Part shown: piece by piece, positions 46,213 to 54,657 of the stretch
Numbering within the stretch: position 1 is the first letter of the stretch
Layout of the letters: every line of letters begins with the position of its first letter
Virus record (IMG/VR): IMGVR_UViG_3300042923_000569
Location: 248,001-312,000 of that record
DNA: 64,000 nt
Direction: 5' to 3' (one strand)
Translations under genes and position numbers: made by a program
The notes under the pieces: generated by a model
The model's database searches: none
What the model was told of the DNA's origin: nothing
Seen by the model: only the letters and a program-made list of their open reading frames with translations

Positions 46213-46223
46213 AACTTACTTAT

Positions 46224-46253
46224 ATTATACCACAATTTTTTCTACCGTTTCAT
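46224..46253 (-). promoter_or_regulatory. WTGAAAC-type phage promoter
   Basis: ATGAAACG...TGTGGTATAAT at the head of the 45.0-46.2 kb RNA cluster. Confidence 0.78.
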
Positions 46254-46926
46254 ATTTTTTCAAAGTATTTCGAAAAGATACACCATCACCTGTATAACTT
46301 TGTGGAAGTAATGGATTTTGAGTATTGTTCATATCATCAATCATAATAGGAACAAATGAAATACGAACAAATGTACGGACTTTGTTAGTACTTTCAACTG
46401 GACGACGATGAAGTACATAAGGATCTAAACAATAAAGTACATTCTCTTTGCATACACGAACTTCTTCAGAAATATTATCCTGTAAGAAGTAATTAACATT
46501 GTGTACTTTAGGATAAAAGTCATCAGGGAACTTAACAGAAACATTGGTGTATTCTGTTGGAATACGATTAGACCAAATATAATTTTGTTCAGGTACATGT
46601 GAGACTTTAGTACTGAAACCATCTACATGCCATTCATCATCTGTTACTGATTTAACGTAACCATGTCGAACGGTAATATAACAGTACTTTTTATCTACAT
46701 TAACTACATTCTGTTGATGAGTTAATGCTTCAATTAGTAATGATTTCATCCATTGTAGTTCATCAGGAATATGAAGAGTTTCACCATCTTCACTGATACA
46801 CATACGTAAAATATACTGAGTACCATAAGGACATTTAACTTCAATCTTAGATAACTCAATTGGTTCAACATTGTTCTCAAATTCTGCTACAGAAACTAAA
46901 CGCTTTGCACGATCAATGATACGCAT
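46225..46926 (-). CDS. putative 2OG-Fe(II) dioxygenase-like protein
   Basis: WHVDGF (HxD)...VLHRRP (distal H)...RTFVRISF. Confidence 0.55.
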   Translation of the reverse strand: MRIIDRAKRLVSVAEFENNVEPIELSKIEVKCPYGTQYILRMCISEDGETLHIPDELQWMKSLLIEALTHQQNVVNVDKKYCYITVRHGYVKSVTDDEWHVDGFSTKVSHVPEQNYIWSNRIPTEYTNVSVKFPDDFYPKVHNVNYFLQDNISEEVRVCKENVLYCLDPYVLHRRPVESTNKVRTFVRISFVPIMIDDMNNTQNPLLPQSYTGDGVSFRNTLKKYETVEKIVV

Positions 46927-46959
46927 GTGTACCTCTCAATTAAAAAAGGGCATAAGCCC

Positions 46960-47430
46960 TTAGTCTAATACTACTTCTTCAGTTTCTTTACGTTTAGCTG
47001 GTGCAGTAGTTGCAGCAGTAACATCAGTACTGGTAGTTTCTAGACTTTGTTCAAGTTTAACTACACGCTTGAACGTTTTGATCTTTGGTTTAAAGCAAGA
47101 CCATTCATTACTGTTATTTGCACCGTACTTAGCAAGATTCGCATATGCATAGTACTTATTACCTGTCCAAATCTCACCAGCTTTCTTACCGGTTTCTTTG
47201 TCATTAAAAGATAAAGATTTCTCAAGACGATCAACCGTCAAAAGACCAGCTTCAAGCTTATCAATTAGAAGGTTGATTTTAGTATCAGCTTCTTCATTGT
47301 AAATCATTGAGGACATTAGGAATTGTGCAACTTTCAGACGGTTGGTTCCCATAGCAGCCGTTACAACCAACATGTAGATAACAAAACATGCAAGAGCACT
47401 AGCAACACCATAAAGAATATAAAGACCCAT
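46960..47430 (-). CDS. hypothetical membrane-anchored protein
   Basis: N-terminal TM; EIWTGNKYYAY motif. Confidence 0.75.
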   Translation of the reverse strand: MGLYILYGVASALACFVIYMLVVTAAMGTNRLKVAQFLMSSMIYNEEADTKINLLIDKLEAGLLTVDRLEKSLSFNDKETGKKAGEIWTGNKYYAYANLAKYGANNSNEWSCFKPKIKTFKRVVKLEQSLETTSTDVTAATTAPAKRKETEEVVLD

Positions 47431-47442
47431 TTAAAACTCCGA

Positions 47443-47685
47443 TTAAGACGAAATAATTTCGGTGATAACCTTTTCTTTGAGTTCGTTGAATTTTAATTCA
47501 AGACCACGAATCTCATAGATAAGACCCCATTTTAATTTAGAAACATTCGCTAGATGCTTTGTTTCATCCTTTGATTTACCTTCTTTACTTTCAAGTACTG
47601 CCCATTCATCCGTTGCAAGCTGAAGCTGCCCTTTCAGAAGTTTAATACGTTTGTGAAGGTTCTTAAGATCAGTTGCACTTTTCAT
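47443..47685 (-). CDS. hypothetical coiled-coil protein
   Basis: ORF. Confidence 0.7.
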   Translation of the reverse strand: MKSATDLKNLHKRIKLLKGQLQLATDEWAVLESKEGKSKDETKHLANVSKLKWGLIYEIRGLELKFNELKEKVITEIISS

Positions 47686-47765
47686 GATAACAGTCCCGTT
47701 TCTAACTTAAAAGATACCGCCAACGTAGTTGACGGTATTTGGTAATTCAAACTTTAAAGTTTAAT

Positions 47766-48047
47766 TTACTTAGTATGACGTGGTTTTGGAGCTACGCCAC
47801 GAAGTTCTGCAAGCTCAGCCTGCAACTTCTTCTTCCAATCAAGAAGATGTGCGTAGCAGATCTTTGGCTTATCGCTGTTAGCGAATGGAGCAAGCTGCTC
47901 GTTTGCCTGAGCGATCTGGAACTTGATGTAGTTCTCAGTACGCATTGTTTCCAGACGAGCGATTTCAGCTTCTAGTTCTTCATTGCTCATTTCAACGATG
48001 GTGTTCTTAGCCATATCTTTATAATACCTTTTAAATAAATGCTTCAA
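47766..48047 (-). CDS. hypothetical protein
   Basis: ORF; start probably MAKNT; promoter TTGACT-17-TATCAT at ~48104-48132. Confidence 0.7.
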   Translation of the reverse strand: MKHLFKRYYKDMAKNTIVEMSNEELEAEIARLETMRTENYIKFQIAQANEQLAPFANSDKPKICYAHLLDWKKKLQAELAELRGVAPKPRHTK

Positions 48048-48155
48048 ATAGTAACTCCAACACGAAGTTACCGGAAATACGATTTACATCCGTCGATGTG
48101 AATATGATACGAGATTTCTTATTAGGAGTCAAGTACAATTTTCAAAGTTTAATTC

Positions 48156-48632
48156 TTAATCTTGAAGTAAACCGTAATCATAGATGATTAGTTCATCATC
48201 TTTGATTCCGATATTATGACTCTCTACGTCATAAAGGATATTCGAAATATCTTCACGTGTCAAGCCACTTTTTAAAATCTTTTTTGCAAATTCTCTGAAG
48301 TGAGGATGAATAGAATTTAAGTACTTTTCATCTTCAGTCGCAGAATACAAGCGATGCATCATTTCGTCCAACTCATCCAGATCATAATCATTAGGATGGT
48401 CAGTAATACTAATCACTCGTTCCATCACTATACGCGTTTCTGAACTCATGTCAACAAAAATCTTACACAGAGGAAGTTTATCGCCATATTCCTTGAAAGT
48501 GGTTAGCTCGTTATGACACTGCTTAACACCCCAGGAATCTATGAAATCCATATTCTGTGCAATCTTGATTACCATATCATCATTGATTGCATATACTATA
48601 CGTGTAGATCCAGAAGCAATATAATTGAACAT
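48156..48632 (-). CDS. protein kinase-like fold protein
   Basis: IASGSTRIVY, VIKIA, NE, YDVESHNIG (catalytic loop), IYDYG. Confidence 0.75.
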   Translation of the reverse strand: MFNYIASGSTRIVYAINDDMVIKIAQNMDFIDSWGVKQCHNELTTFKEYGDKLPLCKIFVDMSSETRIVMERVISITDHPNDYDLDELDEMMHRLYSATEDEKYLNSIHPHFREFAKKILKSGLTREDISNILYDVESHNIGIKDDELIIYDYGLLQD

Positions 48633-48652
48633 TATATCCCTTAATTTTCATC

Positions 48653-48688
48653 ATCTTAATTAAAATTTGAGGGGCTGTCAAGCCCCTC
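48653..48688 (-). promoter_or_regulatory. fused terminator-like hairpin / sigma70-type promoter
   Basis: GAGGGGCT-TGAC-AGCCCCTC hairpin containing TTGACA; TTGACA-17-TAAGAT. Confidence 0.7.
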
Positions 48689-48700
48689 GTGGTATTTATT

Positions 48701-50062
48701 TTACCACTCTACACCGACACCAGCACCCCAAAGTACTTCGGACTGTGTGTTGGTACTGACCGTCACTTTCGTGGTTACAGCTTGGTTTACACGAGAACTG
48801 AAGCCTACTGCCACAGCCTGTTCACCATCATAACCACCTACGCCTGCACCCAGCATGAAATTACCATCGCGGGTTACCTGGGGAATGTTCGCCATAGCAC
48901 CGGCACCGGCAATACCTGCACTTGCAAGTTTACGGTTATCGCCCATACGTTTATCAATATCAGAGAAACGTTTGTTATTTTTGTAATCGCTGTTGTTCAT
49001 GCGATCTTCAACTTTACCAATACGCTGAGTGTTACTGGTGATACGTTCGTCATGATCAACCAGAGTACTGTCATTGTTATCGATACGTTTACTTAACACA
49101 GCATCAGCACTTTTACGCGACGATGTTTCAGCAGTTACTGAGCGTTGTACAGAAGATACCGCAGCGGTACGTTCAGTACTTTCATCGTTGATCTGTTGTG
49201 CCAATGCTTTATCTGCGTTACCACGAGTAGTGGATTCAGACTGTAATGCATTATCCTGACGTTGTTGATCTTTCAGGAAGGTATTATTATCTACCTTAGT
49301 ACTGATAACAACGTTTTGCTGGTCATCCGTAATACGCTGTTCAGCTTTGTTTTTGTCGATATTGCTTTGCAGCATTTTATCGCCAGAAACACGCTCGGAT
49401 TTTTCAACAATAAGTGCATTACTATTGTCCTGTCCCAGCCGAACACCAATATCAGCAGTGTTTTGTGCATTGATCGCATTGTTGTTGGCATTCTGACCAA
49501 TTTCAATTGCAGTCTGTGCATTATTACCTGCGTTGATTGCATTGTTATTTGCATTATGTGCCAGGTCTTTTGCTTCTTCAACACCGGCTTGTGCAGTGAT
49601 TGCCTTGTTATCGGCTGCCTGACCAATTTCAATTGCAGTTTGTGCATTGGTCATTGCATTGTTAGCGGTGTTTTGTGCATCGCTGGCTTTATTAAAAGCG
49701 TTATGACCGATGTTTTTTGCTTCTTCAACACCTGTCTGACGTTCACTGATTTCTTTCTGAAGTGCATTGTCCTGACGTTGTTGATCAACCTGGAAAACGC
49801 TCTTATCAAGTTTATCTTTTTGGAGGTTTGAAACTTGATATTCTAAATTCTTCCCGGCGGCTTCATTGTACTTAGTTTGAATTTCTTTCCACTGAGTTTG
49901 TTCTTCTTTCCATGCACGATCTTTCTCAGCGAGAAGGTTCGCATCTTGTACTTTATCGTAAGCAGTGGGAGTTTTTACACAACCACAACTTGGATCAATT
50001 GAAGTAGCATGTGCAGAAACTGAACATGCAACAATCGCCATTGCAATCAATGTCTTTTTCAT
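48701..50062 (-). CDS. YadA-family trimeric autotransporter adhesin
   Basis: Signal peptide MKKTLIAMAIVACSVSAHA (start reassigned), coiled-coil stalk with repeats, anchor GIAGAGAMANIPQ...GAGVGGYDGEQAVAVG...GAGVGVEW. Confidence 0.9.
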   Translation of the reverse strand: MKKTLIAMAIVACSVSAHATSIDPSCGCVKTPTAYDKVQDANLLAEKDRAWKEEQTQWKEIQTKYNEAAGKNLEYQVSNLQKDKLDKSVFQVDQQRQDNALQKEISERQTGVEEAKNIGHNAFNKASDAQNTANNAMTNAQTAIEIGQAADNKAITAQAGVEEAKDLAHNANNNAINAGNNAQTAIEIGQNANNNAINAQNTADIGVRLGQDNSNALIVEKSERVSGDKMLQSNIDKNKAEQRITDDQQNVVISTKVDNNTFLKDQQRQDNALQSESTTRGNADKALAQQINDESTERTAAVSSVQRSVTAETSSRKSADAVLSKRIDNNDSTLVDHDERITSNTQRIGKVEDRMNNSDYKNNKRFSDIDKRMGDNRKLASAGIAGAGAMANIPQVTRDGNFMLGAGVGGYDGEQAVAVGFSSRVNQAVTTKVTVSTNTQSEVLWGAGVGVEW

Positions 50063-50189
50063 TTTTATTACCCTGGTGTGCCGCCACATTTGGCGTGAGG
50101 TAATAATACCGTGTCGAAACATTTCGGTCAACACATTTTTTAATATAATTCAAAGAAAACTTAACCCAAATTTACATTAAAAAAGATAT

Positions 50190-50277
50190 TGGTGGGAATA
50201 GTCGGACTCGAACCGACACGCCATCTCTGGCGGGGGATTTTGAATCCCCTGCGTGCTACCAATTTCGCCATATTCCC
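50190..50277 (-). tRNA. tRNA-Leu(CAA)
   Basis: GGGGA-TTCAAAA-TCCCC; long variable arm; CCA encoded. Confidence 0.95.
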
Positions 50278-50311
50278 AGATAAGCCCTTCAGATGAAGGG
50301 CTAAGAAGTAC

Positions 50312-50671
50312 TTATACTGACTTGTAAGAAATTACATGAATCCGATCACTAGCAATTGGAATACCAGTGTGGTCAGTAATATACTCAGCAAGAGTTAGGA
50401 GTACTTTATTACTATCTACTGTATATAAATGTAATTTAGCCGTGAATGTTTCACCTGGATTAGTGTAGAATTCATAAACTACTTCTACATTACTGTTCTT
50501 TTGTCCAGTGGCAGATGCATAAATCTGGTCTGGTGTTTGGTGTACTTTCTTAATAGGAACAGCCCAAGCAATTAGACAGAACATACCAGCAAAGATACCT
50601 ACTGCCATGTTGCCAAGAGAAAATGCTACAATTGCAACTGCAAGAAAGAATACTTCAAAAAAATGTTTCAT
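50312..50671 (-). CDS. hypothetical membrane protein
   Basis: Two N-terminal TM segments. Confidence 0.75.
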   Translation of the reverse strand: MKHFFEVFFLAVAIVAFSLGNMAVGIFAGMFCLIAWAVPIKKVHQTPDQIYASATGQKNSNVEVVYEFYTNPGETFTAKLHLYTVDSNKVLLTLAEYITDHTGIPIASDRIHVISYKSV

Positions 50672-50680
50672 TGTTAATCC

Positions 50681-51115
50681 TTAAAATCCAGTTACTTTGA
50701 ATTCACGACTTTCTTCGTCGAAGTATAGTACTTCACCAATAGAAGCTGATGCCGCTGATGAATGGTCAGTTGTTGCATCACTTTCACCTTCTACCGATAC
50801 ACGGATACCATCGATAACAAAGGTCATATTATAACCATTAACTACTAGTTCATTTTCAACAGTAGTTTCAGAGTTTGATTCTTCATCATCATTTTCGTCT
50901 TCATCCCAATGATCATCCCAATCATCGTTCTCACTTATACGCCAGATGTTTGCTCGAAGGAAAGAAAGAATTTCTTCAATGCTTTCTGATTTTTCAGGTA
51001 CAATTTTTACATTAAAGTGTTTATAAGTATATGCATCTGCATCTCCGTGCATAAACTTTAATGCAATTACAAGAACGTTTTTCTTTGGTTCTACAGGAAT
51101 TAGTTTAATAGACAA
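50681..51115 (-). CDS. hypothetical protein
   Basis: FMHGDADAYT motif, acidic loop; likely TTG start at 51115 (track ORF extends to 51235). Confidence 0.7.
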   Translation of the reverse strand: MSIKLIPVEPKKNVLVIALKFMHGDADAYTYKHFNVKIVPEKSESIEEILSFLRANIWRISENDDWDDHWDEDENDDEESNSETTVENELVVNGYNMTFVIDGIRVSVEGESDATTDHSSAASASIGEVLYFDEESREFKVTGF

Positions 51116-51125
51116 TTTGTAACCC

Positions 51126-51374
51126 TTATTCTTCAGTTTGTTCTGGCATATTATGGTATTTGAAATTACCATGTTTATCTTTTGCCGTGTAACGATCATA
51201 AGTTCCTGGATAGGATGACTTAATTGATTGTTCACGTGCGACCGCAGGGTTAATAAAAGTTACATCAGTTTTAATGTAATCTTTAAATTCTTTTTTCTTT
51301 TGTTCAAAAAGAACAGCAGTACTTTCAATGAAGTTATAAAACTTCATAGTAAGGTTTAATAGGTAATTAAACAT
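51126..51374 (-). CDS. hypothetical protein
   Basis: Start reassigned to MFNYL (GAGG SD). Confidence 0.65.
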   Translation of the reverse strand: MFNYLLNLTMKFYNFIESTAVLFEQKKKEFKDYIKTDVTFINPAVAREQSIKSSYPGTYDRYTAKDKHGNFKYHNMPEQTEE

Positions 51375-51389
51375 ATAATCCTCTGTAAT

Positions 51390-51513
51390 TGGCGGCGAGT
51401 ACTGGATTCGAACCAGTGACCAGGACATTAAAAGTGTATGAGTTATGGTTGCTGCGGGAATCCAATCAGGATTCCTTGGGTTCTACCTGCTCTACCAACT
51501 GAGCTAACTCGCC
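51390..51513 (-). ncRNA. tRNA-Lys(UUU) interrupted by a 48-nt GAAUC/CAGCAA module (RNA I)
   Basis: Removing 51438-51485 gives a 76-nt cloverleaf with GGACA-CTTTTAA-TGTCC and CCA. Confidence 0.88.
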
Positions 51514-51520
51514 TATATTT

Positions 51521-51877
51521 TTAACGAATAAGTACTAAAGTATTATTTTTAGCCAGCTCATTCACATCATAATTATCAAGTAGTTGATCAAGTGATTCAA
51601 CTAAGATAATTGGATTTTCGGTACTTTCGCTTACATCAACCAAGCTTTCTTTAATTTCCAAGAAATCTTGTACATATGGTTCACTGATAACACTATTATA
51701 CTCAGATGCATAATAAGTTACAGTTTTGTTGACACGCAAATTAAGTAATGTTCCTACAAAATCATGAATATCATTTGGTTTACCAATTAAAGTAAACTTC
51801 ATACCAAGATCTTTTTTAGAACAAATATCAGATGCAATATCTTGATATGCATGTTCTGCCATTTTAATATTTAACAT
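51521..51877 (-). CDS. hypothetical protein
   Basis: ORF with AAGGA SD. Confidence 0.7.
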   Translation of the reverse strand: MLNIKMAEHAYQDIASDICSKKDLGMKFTLIGKPNDIHDFVGTLLNLRVNKTVTYYASEYNSVISEPYVQDFLEIKESLVDVSESTENPIILVESLDQLLDNYDVNELAKNNTLVLIR

Positions 51878-51885
51878 TGTTATCC

Positions 51886-52245
51886 TTAGCTACGATTAGG
51901 TCGTGAATTTTTAATTAACTCAATGCCTGCATCAGTACATTTTTTAATATTCTGTTCGTACAGATTATCAACAACATCGGTATCTGAACTGTGAAGATAA
52001 ATCTGTTTCAGATTAGGAAACAGACCCCGCTTAAAGCGATATGTCATCATCGTTAGAATCTGACCACCAGTACGCCCACCTGAACCAGACAAGAAATTAT
52101 CCAAATGAACAACTTCGATTTCTGAAGCATTATCAAAGATAAAATTCTTTGCTTCCCACCACTCTTTCAACCAAACAATACCGTCTGATTGTTCAGCACT
52201 AAGGTGATTAGCTGGATTCCGAATATCATCTACATAGACTTTCAT
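51886..52245 (-). CDS. cyclic-phosphate-processing receiver-like domain protein
   Basis: MKVYVDDIRNP...W...EVVHLDNFL...TG...IYLHSS. Confidence 0.7.
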   Translation of the reverse strand: MKVYVDDIRNPANHLSAEQSDGIVWLKEWWEAKNFIFDNASEIEVVHLDNFLSGSGGRTGGQILTMMTYRFKRGLFPNLKQIYLHSSDTDVVDNLYEQNIKKCTDAGIELIKNSRPNRS

Positions 52246-52607
52246 TCGTGATTCTCCAGGCTATTAGCAATCAGTTCGATTCCAACTGCTTTTAGTAATT
52301 CAAAACAATTATCGAACATCATGTTAACCAAATCAGCATCAGATGAATGAAGATAAATCTGCTTGAGCTTAGGCCAAGTACTACCATCTCCCCACATCCA
52401 ATCACCAGCAACCATATAAAACAGATCCTGACCAGTAAGTTCAGGTTCATCCATATAGTTATCGAAATGGATCACTTCGATTTCAGCGGCATTTGCAATC
52501 AGGAAACTTCTTGATTCCCACCATTCTTTCAGCCAAACAATACCTTCTGACTGTTCAGGGGTAAGATGATTAACCGGATTGCGAATATCATCAATAAAGA
52601 CTTTCAT
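52242..52607 (-). CDS. cyclic-phosphate-processing receiver-like domain protein (tandem paralog)
   Basis: MKVFIDDIRNP...EVIHFDNYM...TG...IYLHSS. Confidence 0.7.
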   Translation of the reverse strand: MKVFIDDIRNPVNHLTPEQSEGIVWLKEWWESRSFLIANAAEIEVIHFDNYMDEPELTGQDLFYMVAGDWMWGDGSTWPKLKQIYLHSSDADLVNMMFDNCFELLKAVGIELIANSLENHE

Positions 52608-52846
52608 TGACTTTCCTTAATAACTTTTTGAAATGCTCGTATCTGCCTAATAATAACACAAACCGAATCATATTCATCAATTGCTCCGGTATTAACCAGT
52701 ACTTCAATTGAATCAAGAAGTTTTTCATCTTCTTCATTGATGTTGATTGATTTACTTAGTTTATTAAGTATCAATAACGAACGATGAACAAAATGTAAAT
52801 TATTCGAGCCAGGTTCACTGAAGATAGTTAGAAGATTATTGTCCAT
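52604..52846 (-). CDS. hypothetical protein
   Basis: ORF. Confidence 0.65.
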   Translation of the reverse strand: MDNNLLTIFSEPGSNNLHFVHRSLLILNKLSKSININEEDEKLLDSIEVLVNTGAIDEYDSVCVIIRQIRAFQKVIKESQ

Positions 52847-53171
52847 TTACCACCAGATGATGACCATGACTACGAGCAATAAACTGATCGACACTACAAC
52901 CCATTTCTTTACCAATAGTGGCAGTAGTGAAATCTGCTGAACCTACTTCACGGAACGTTTGTGTATCGAATGTATTATCAACATTCAATTCATAAACACA
53001 GTTCTCTTTTAATTCGATGCTGCCATTAGCTGGATGGTCTTTTGGTACAATATGACCAATTACAATACCACCTGGCATTACATGGAGCCGCATGACCATT
53101 GAGTTCATAAAATTAAATCCAGTGCATTTATTCAAGATATGAATGTTATCAAATACGTCAATCAAAGTCAA
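52836..53171 (-). CDS. hypothetical protein
   Basis: ORF, TTG start. Confidence 0.65.
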   Translation of the reverse strand: MTLIDVFDNIHILNKCTGFNFMNSMVMRLHVMPGGIVIGHIVPKDHPANGSIELKENCVYELNVDNTFDTQTFREVGSADFTTATIGKEMGCSVDQFIARSHGHHLVVNGQ

Positions 53172-53178
53172 GTACTTT

Positions 53179-53472
53179 TTATGAAAAATTTTCGTGATGC
53201 TTATAATTTAACGATGAATAGCACGATAGATCATACGCAATAAAATCATAAAATTTTGGTACATGTTCTTGTAGTTTACGCATCACTTTGAAATCAGCAC
53301 GTGCTTCTTCAGGTGTGTAAACTTTTAGACCGCAATGAAAGTACTCGTCATGTTCGGACTTCCACTTTTCAATTGCCATTTCATCAGTCATCAGATGATC
53401 ATCAGTGTAGATAATCTCGGTTGTCCATCCTTCGCCAGTAGCAGCGTACTCATAGAATAAGAAACTTTTCAC
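53179..53472 (-). CDS. hypothetical protein
   Basis: YAATGEG motif. Confidence 0.7.
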   Translation of the reverse strand: MKSFLFYEYAATGEGWTTEIIYTDDHLMTDEMAIEKWKSEHDEYFHCGLKVYTPEEARADFKVMRKLQEHVPKFYDFIAYDLSCYSSLNYKHHENFS

Positions 53473-53678
53473 TTATTAACCTCACTTATGTTTCTGATAA
53501 TATTTTCACATCGCCCAAGTTTCTTTTTCAGCTTATTATGTTCCTTCAACAAATCATTGTATGTCTGAAGTTTAACAAATTCACCTTTTTTAGATTCCTG
53601 CATTTCTGCGTCATAAGAATATTCATCATCCCATAAATCAAAACTACGTTTTACTACTGGATTATATTTCTTTACCAT
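53469..53678 (-). CDS. hypothetical protein
   Basis: MQES..GEFVK..Y phage motif. Confidence 0.7.
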   Translation of the reverse strand: MVKKYNPVVKRSFDLWDDEYSYDAEMQESKKGEFVKLQTYNDLLKEHNKLKKKLGRCENIIRNISEVNK

Positions 53679-53692
53679 GATATTACCATTTG

Positions 53693-53803
53693 TGCAAGGT
53701 GCAGGATTCGAACCTGCGTTACGTTCTTGAAATGAAAGTTATGTATGCCGTAAGATTCCATCTGGAATCGCTTTTCGTGTCCTAACCACTAGACGAACCT
53801 TGC
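53693..53803 (-). ncRNA. tRNA-Glu(UUC) interrupted by a 39-nt GAAUC/CGGCAU module (RNA J)
   Basis: Removing 53737-53775 gives a cloverleaf with CGTTC-ATTTCAA-GAACG and a Glu-type D-arm TCGTCTAGTGGTTAGGAC. Confidence 0.85.
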
Positions 53804-53809
53804 TATATT

Positions 53810-54112
53810 TTAGATTACTGGTGCATTAGAACCAATAAACATTTTAAAATTGCAGTCATGCATATAACCATTGAAATCTTTAATTGCAGTTTCAATGATT
53901 GTTAAGTATTCAGTACTACCGGGTTGAACATCAACTTCAAAGTAGTATTCCGATATATCAGTTGGATCAATCTGTAAAAGACGGGCTTTTCCACCTGCAT
54001 AGATATTATATAACAGACGTTCATGAACGTCAGACCACGCTTCAGTATCTTGTTCATTTTTAGGTGCAATGGTCAATACGTTGGAACGTGCAACAATAAC
54101 TAAGTTAATCAT
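53810..54112 (-). CDS. hypothetical protein
   Basis: ORF. Confidence 0.7.
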   Translation of the reverse strand: MINLVIVARSNVLTIAPKNEQDTEAWSDVHERLLYNIYAGGKARLLQIDPTDISEYYFEVDVQPGSTEYLTIIETAIKDFNGYMHDCNFKMFIGSNAPVI

Positions 54113-54394
54113 TTAATCTCCGATGGCAATTTCTTTAGGAGTGAATTCAAAATAGCCGTGAGAATTCAATACTTCAATTACTTTGTCACGCACTTCTTCA
54201 TCACGCTTATTATGATATTTTACATAATACTTATCTTCTTCACTAGCATGATCAACTTTAGCGTATTCATATTCACGCATTTTTTCAATTACAATGTTAC
54301 GCATTTCATCGACTTCAGGAGAAGTATTATTACCGATGAATAATGATGTATATGAACAACAATCATATTCTTTTAGATTTAAAATTTTCATCAA
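54113..54394 (-). CDS. hypothetical protein (paralog of 54391-54657)
   Basis: LF.G...SP...L..HGY.E..P..I.IGD. Confidence 0.75.
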   Translation of the reverse strand: MMKILNLKEYDCCSYTSLFIGNNTSPEVDEMRNIVIEKMREYEYAKVDHASEEDKYYVKYHNKRDEEVRDKVIEVLNSHGYFEFTPKEIAIGD

Positions 54395-54657
54395 TCACCA
54401 ATAGTAATAGAACGAGGTTTATATTCTGAGTAACCATGACCTTTAAGAATCGAATAGAACAATTCCTTCAATTCTTGTTGTTCACGATAACTACGGCAGT
54501 TAGTCTGAAAACCTTCGTCATCAACGATAGGTTCTTCCATGTATGTTTTTAATTCTGCCAGTACTACACTTGGCTGTGGGGAAAGTTCCCCACCTTTGAA
54601 CAGTGTCTGTACCAAGCAATCAAAATCACCATAGGTGTTAATTGCTAGTAGTTTCAT
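54391..54657 (-). CDS. hypothetical protein (paralog of 54113-54394)
   Basis: Same motifs. Confidence 0.75.
   Translation of the reverse strand: MKLLAINTYGDFDCLVQTLFKGGELSPQPSVVLAELKTYMEEPIVDDEGFQTNCRSYREQQELKELFYSILKGHGYSEYKPRSITIGD

Noticed and set aside
51438-51485. Inserts as group I/II or archaeal BHB introns
   Set aside because: Too short for self-splicing introns and no clear bulge-helix-bulge at the junctions; the same module also occurs free-standing.
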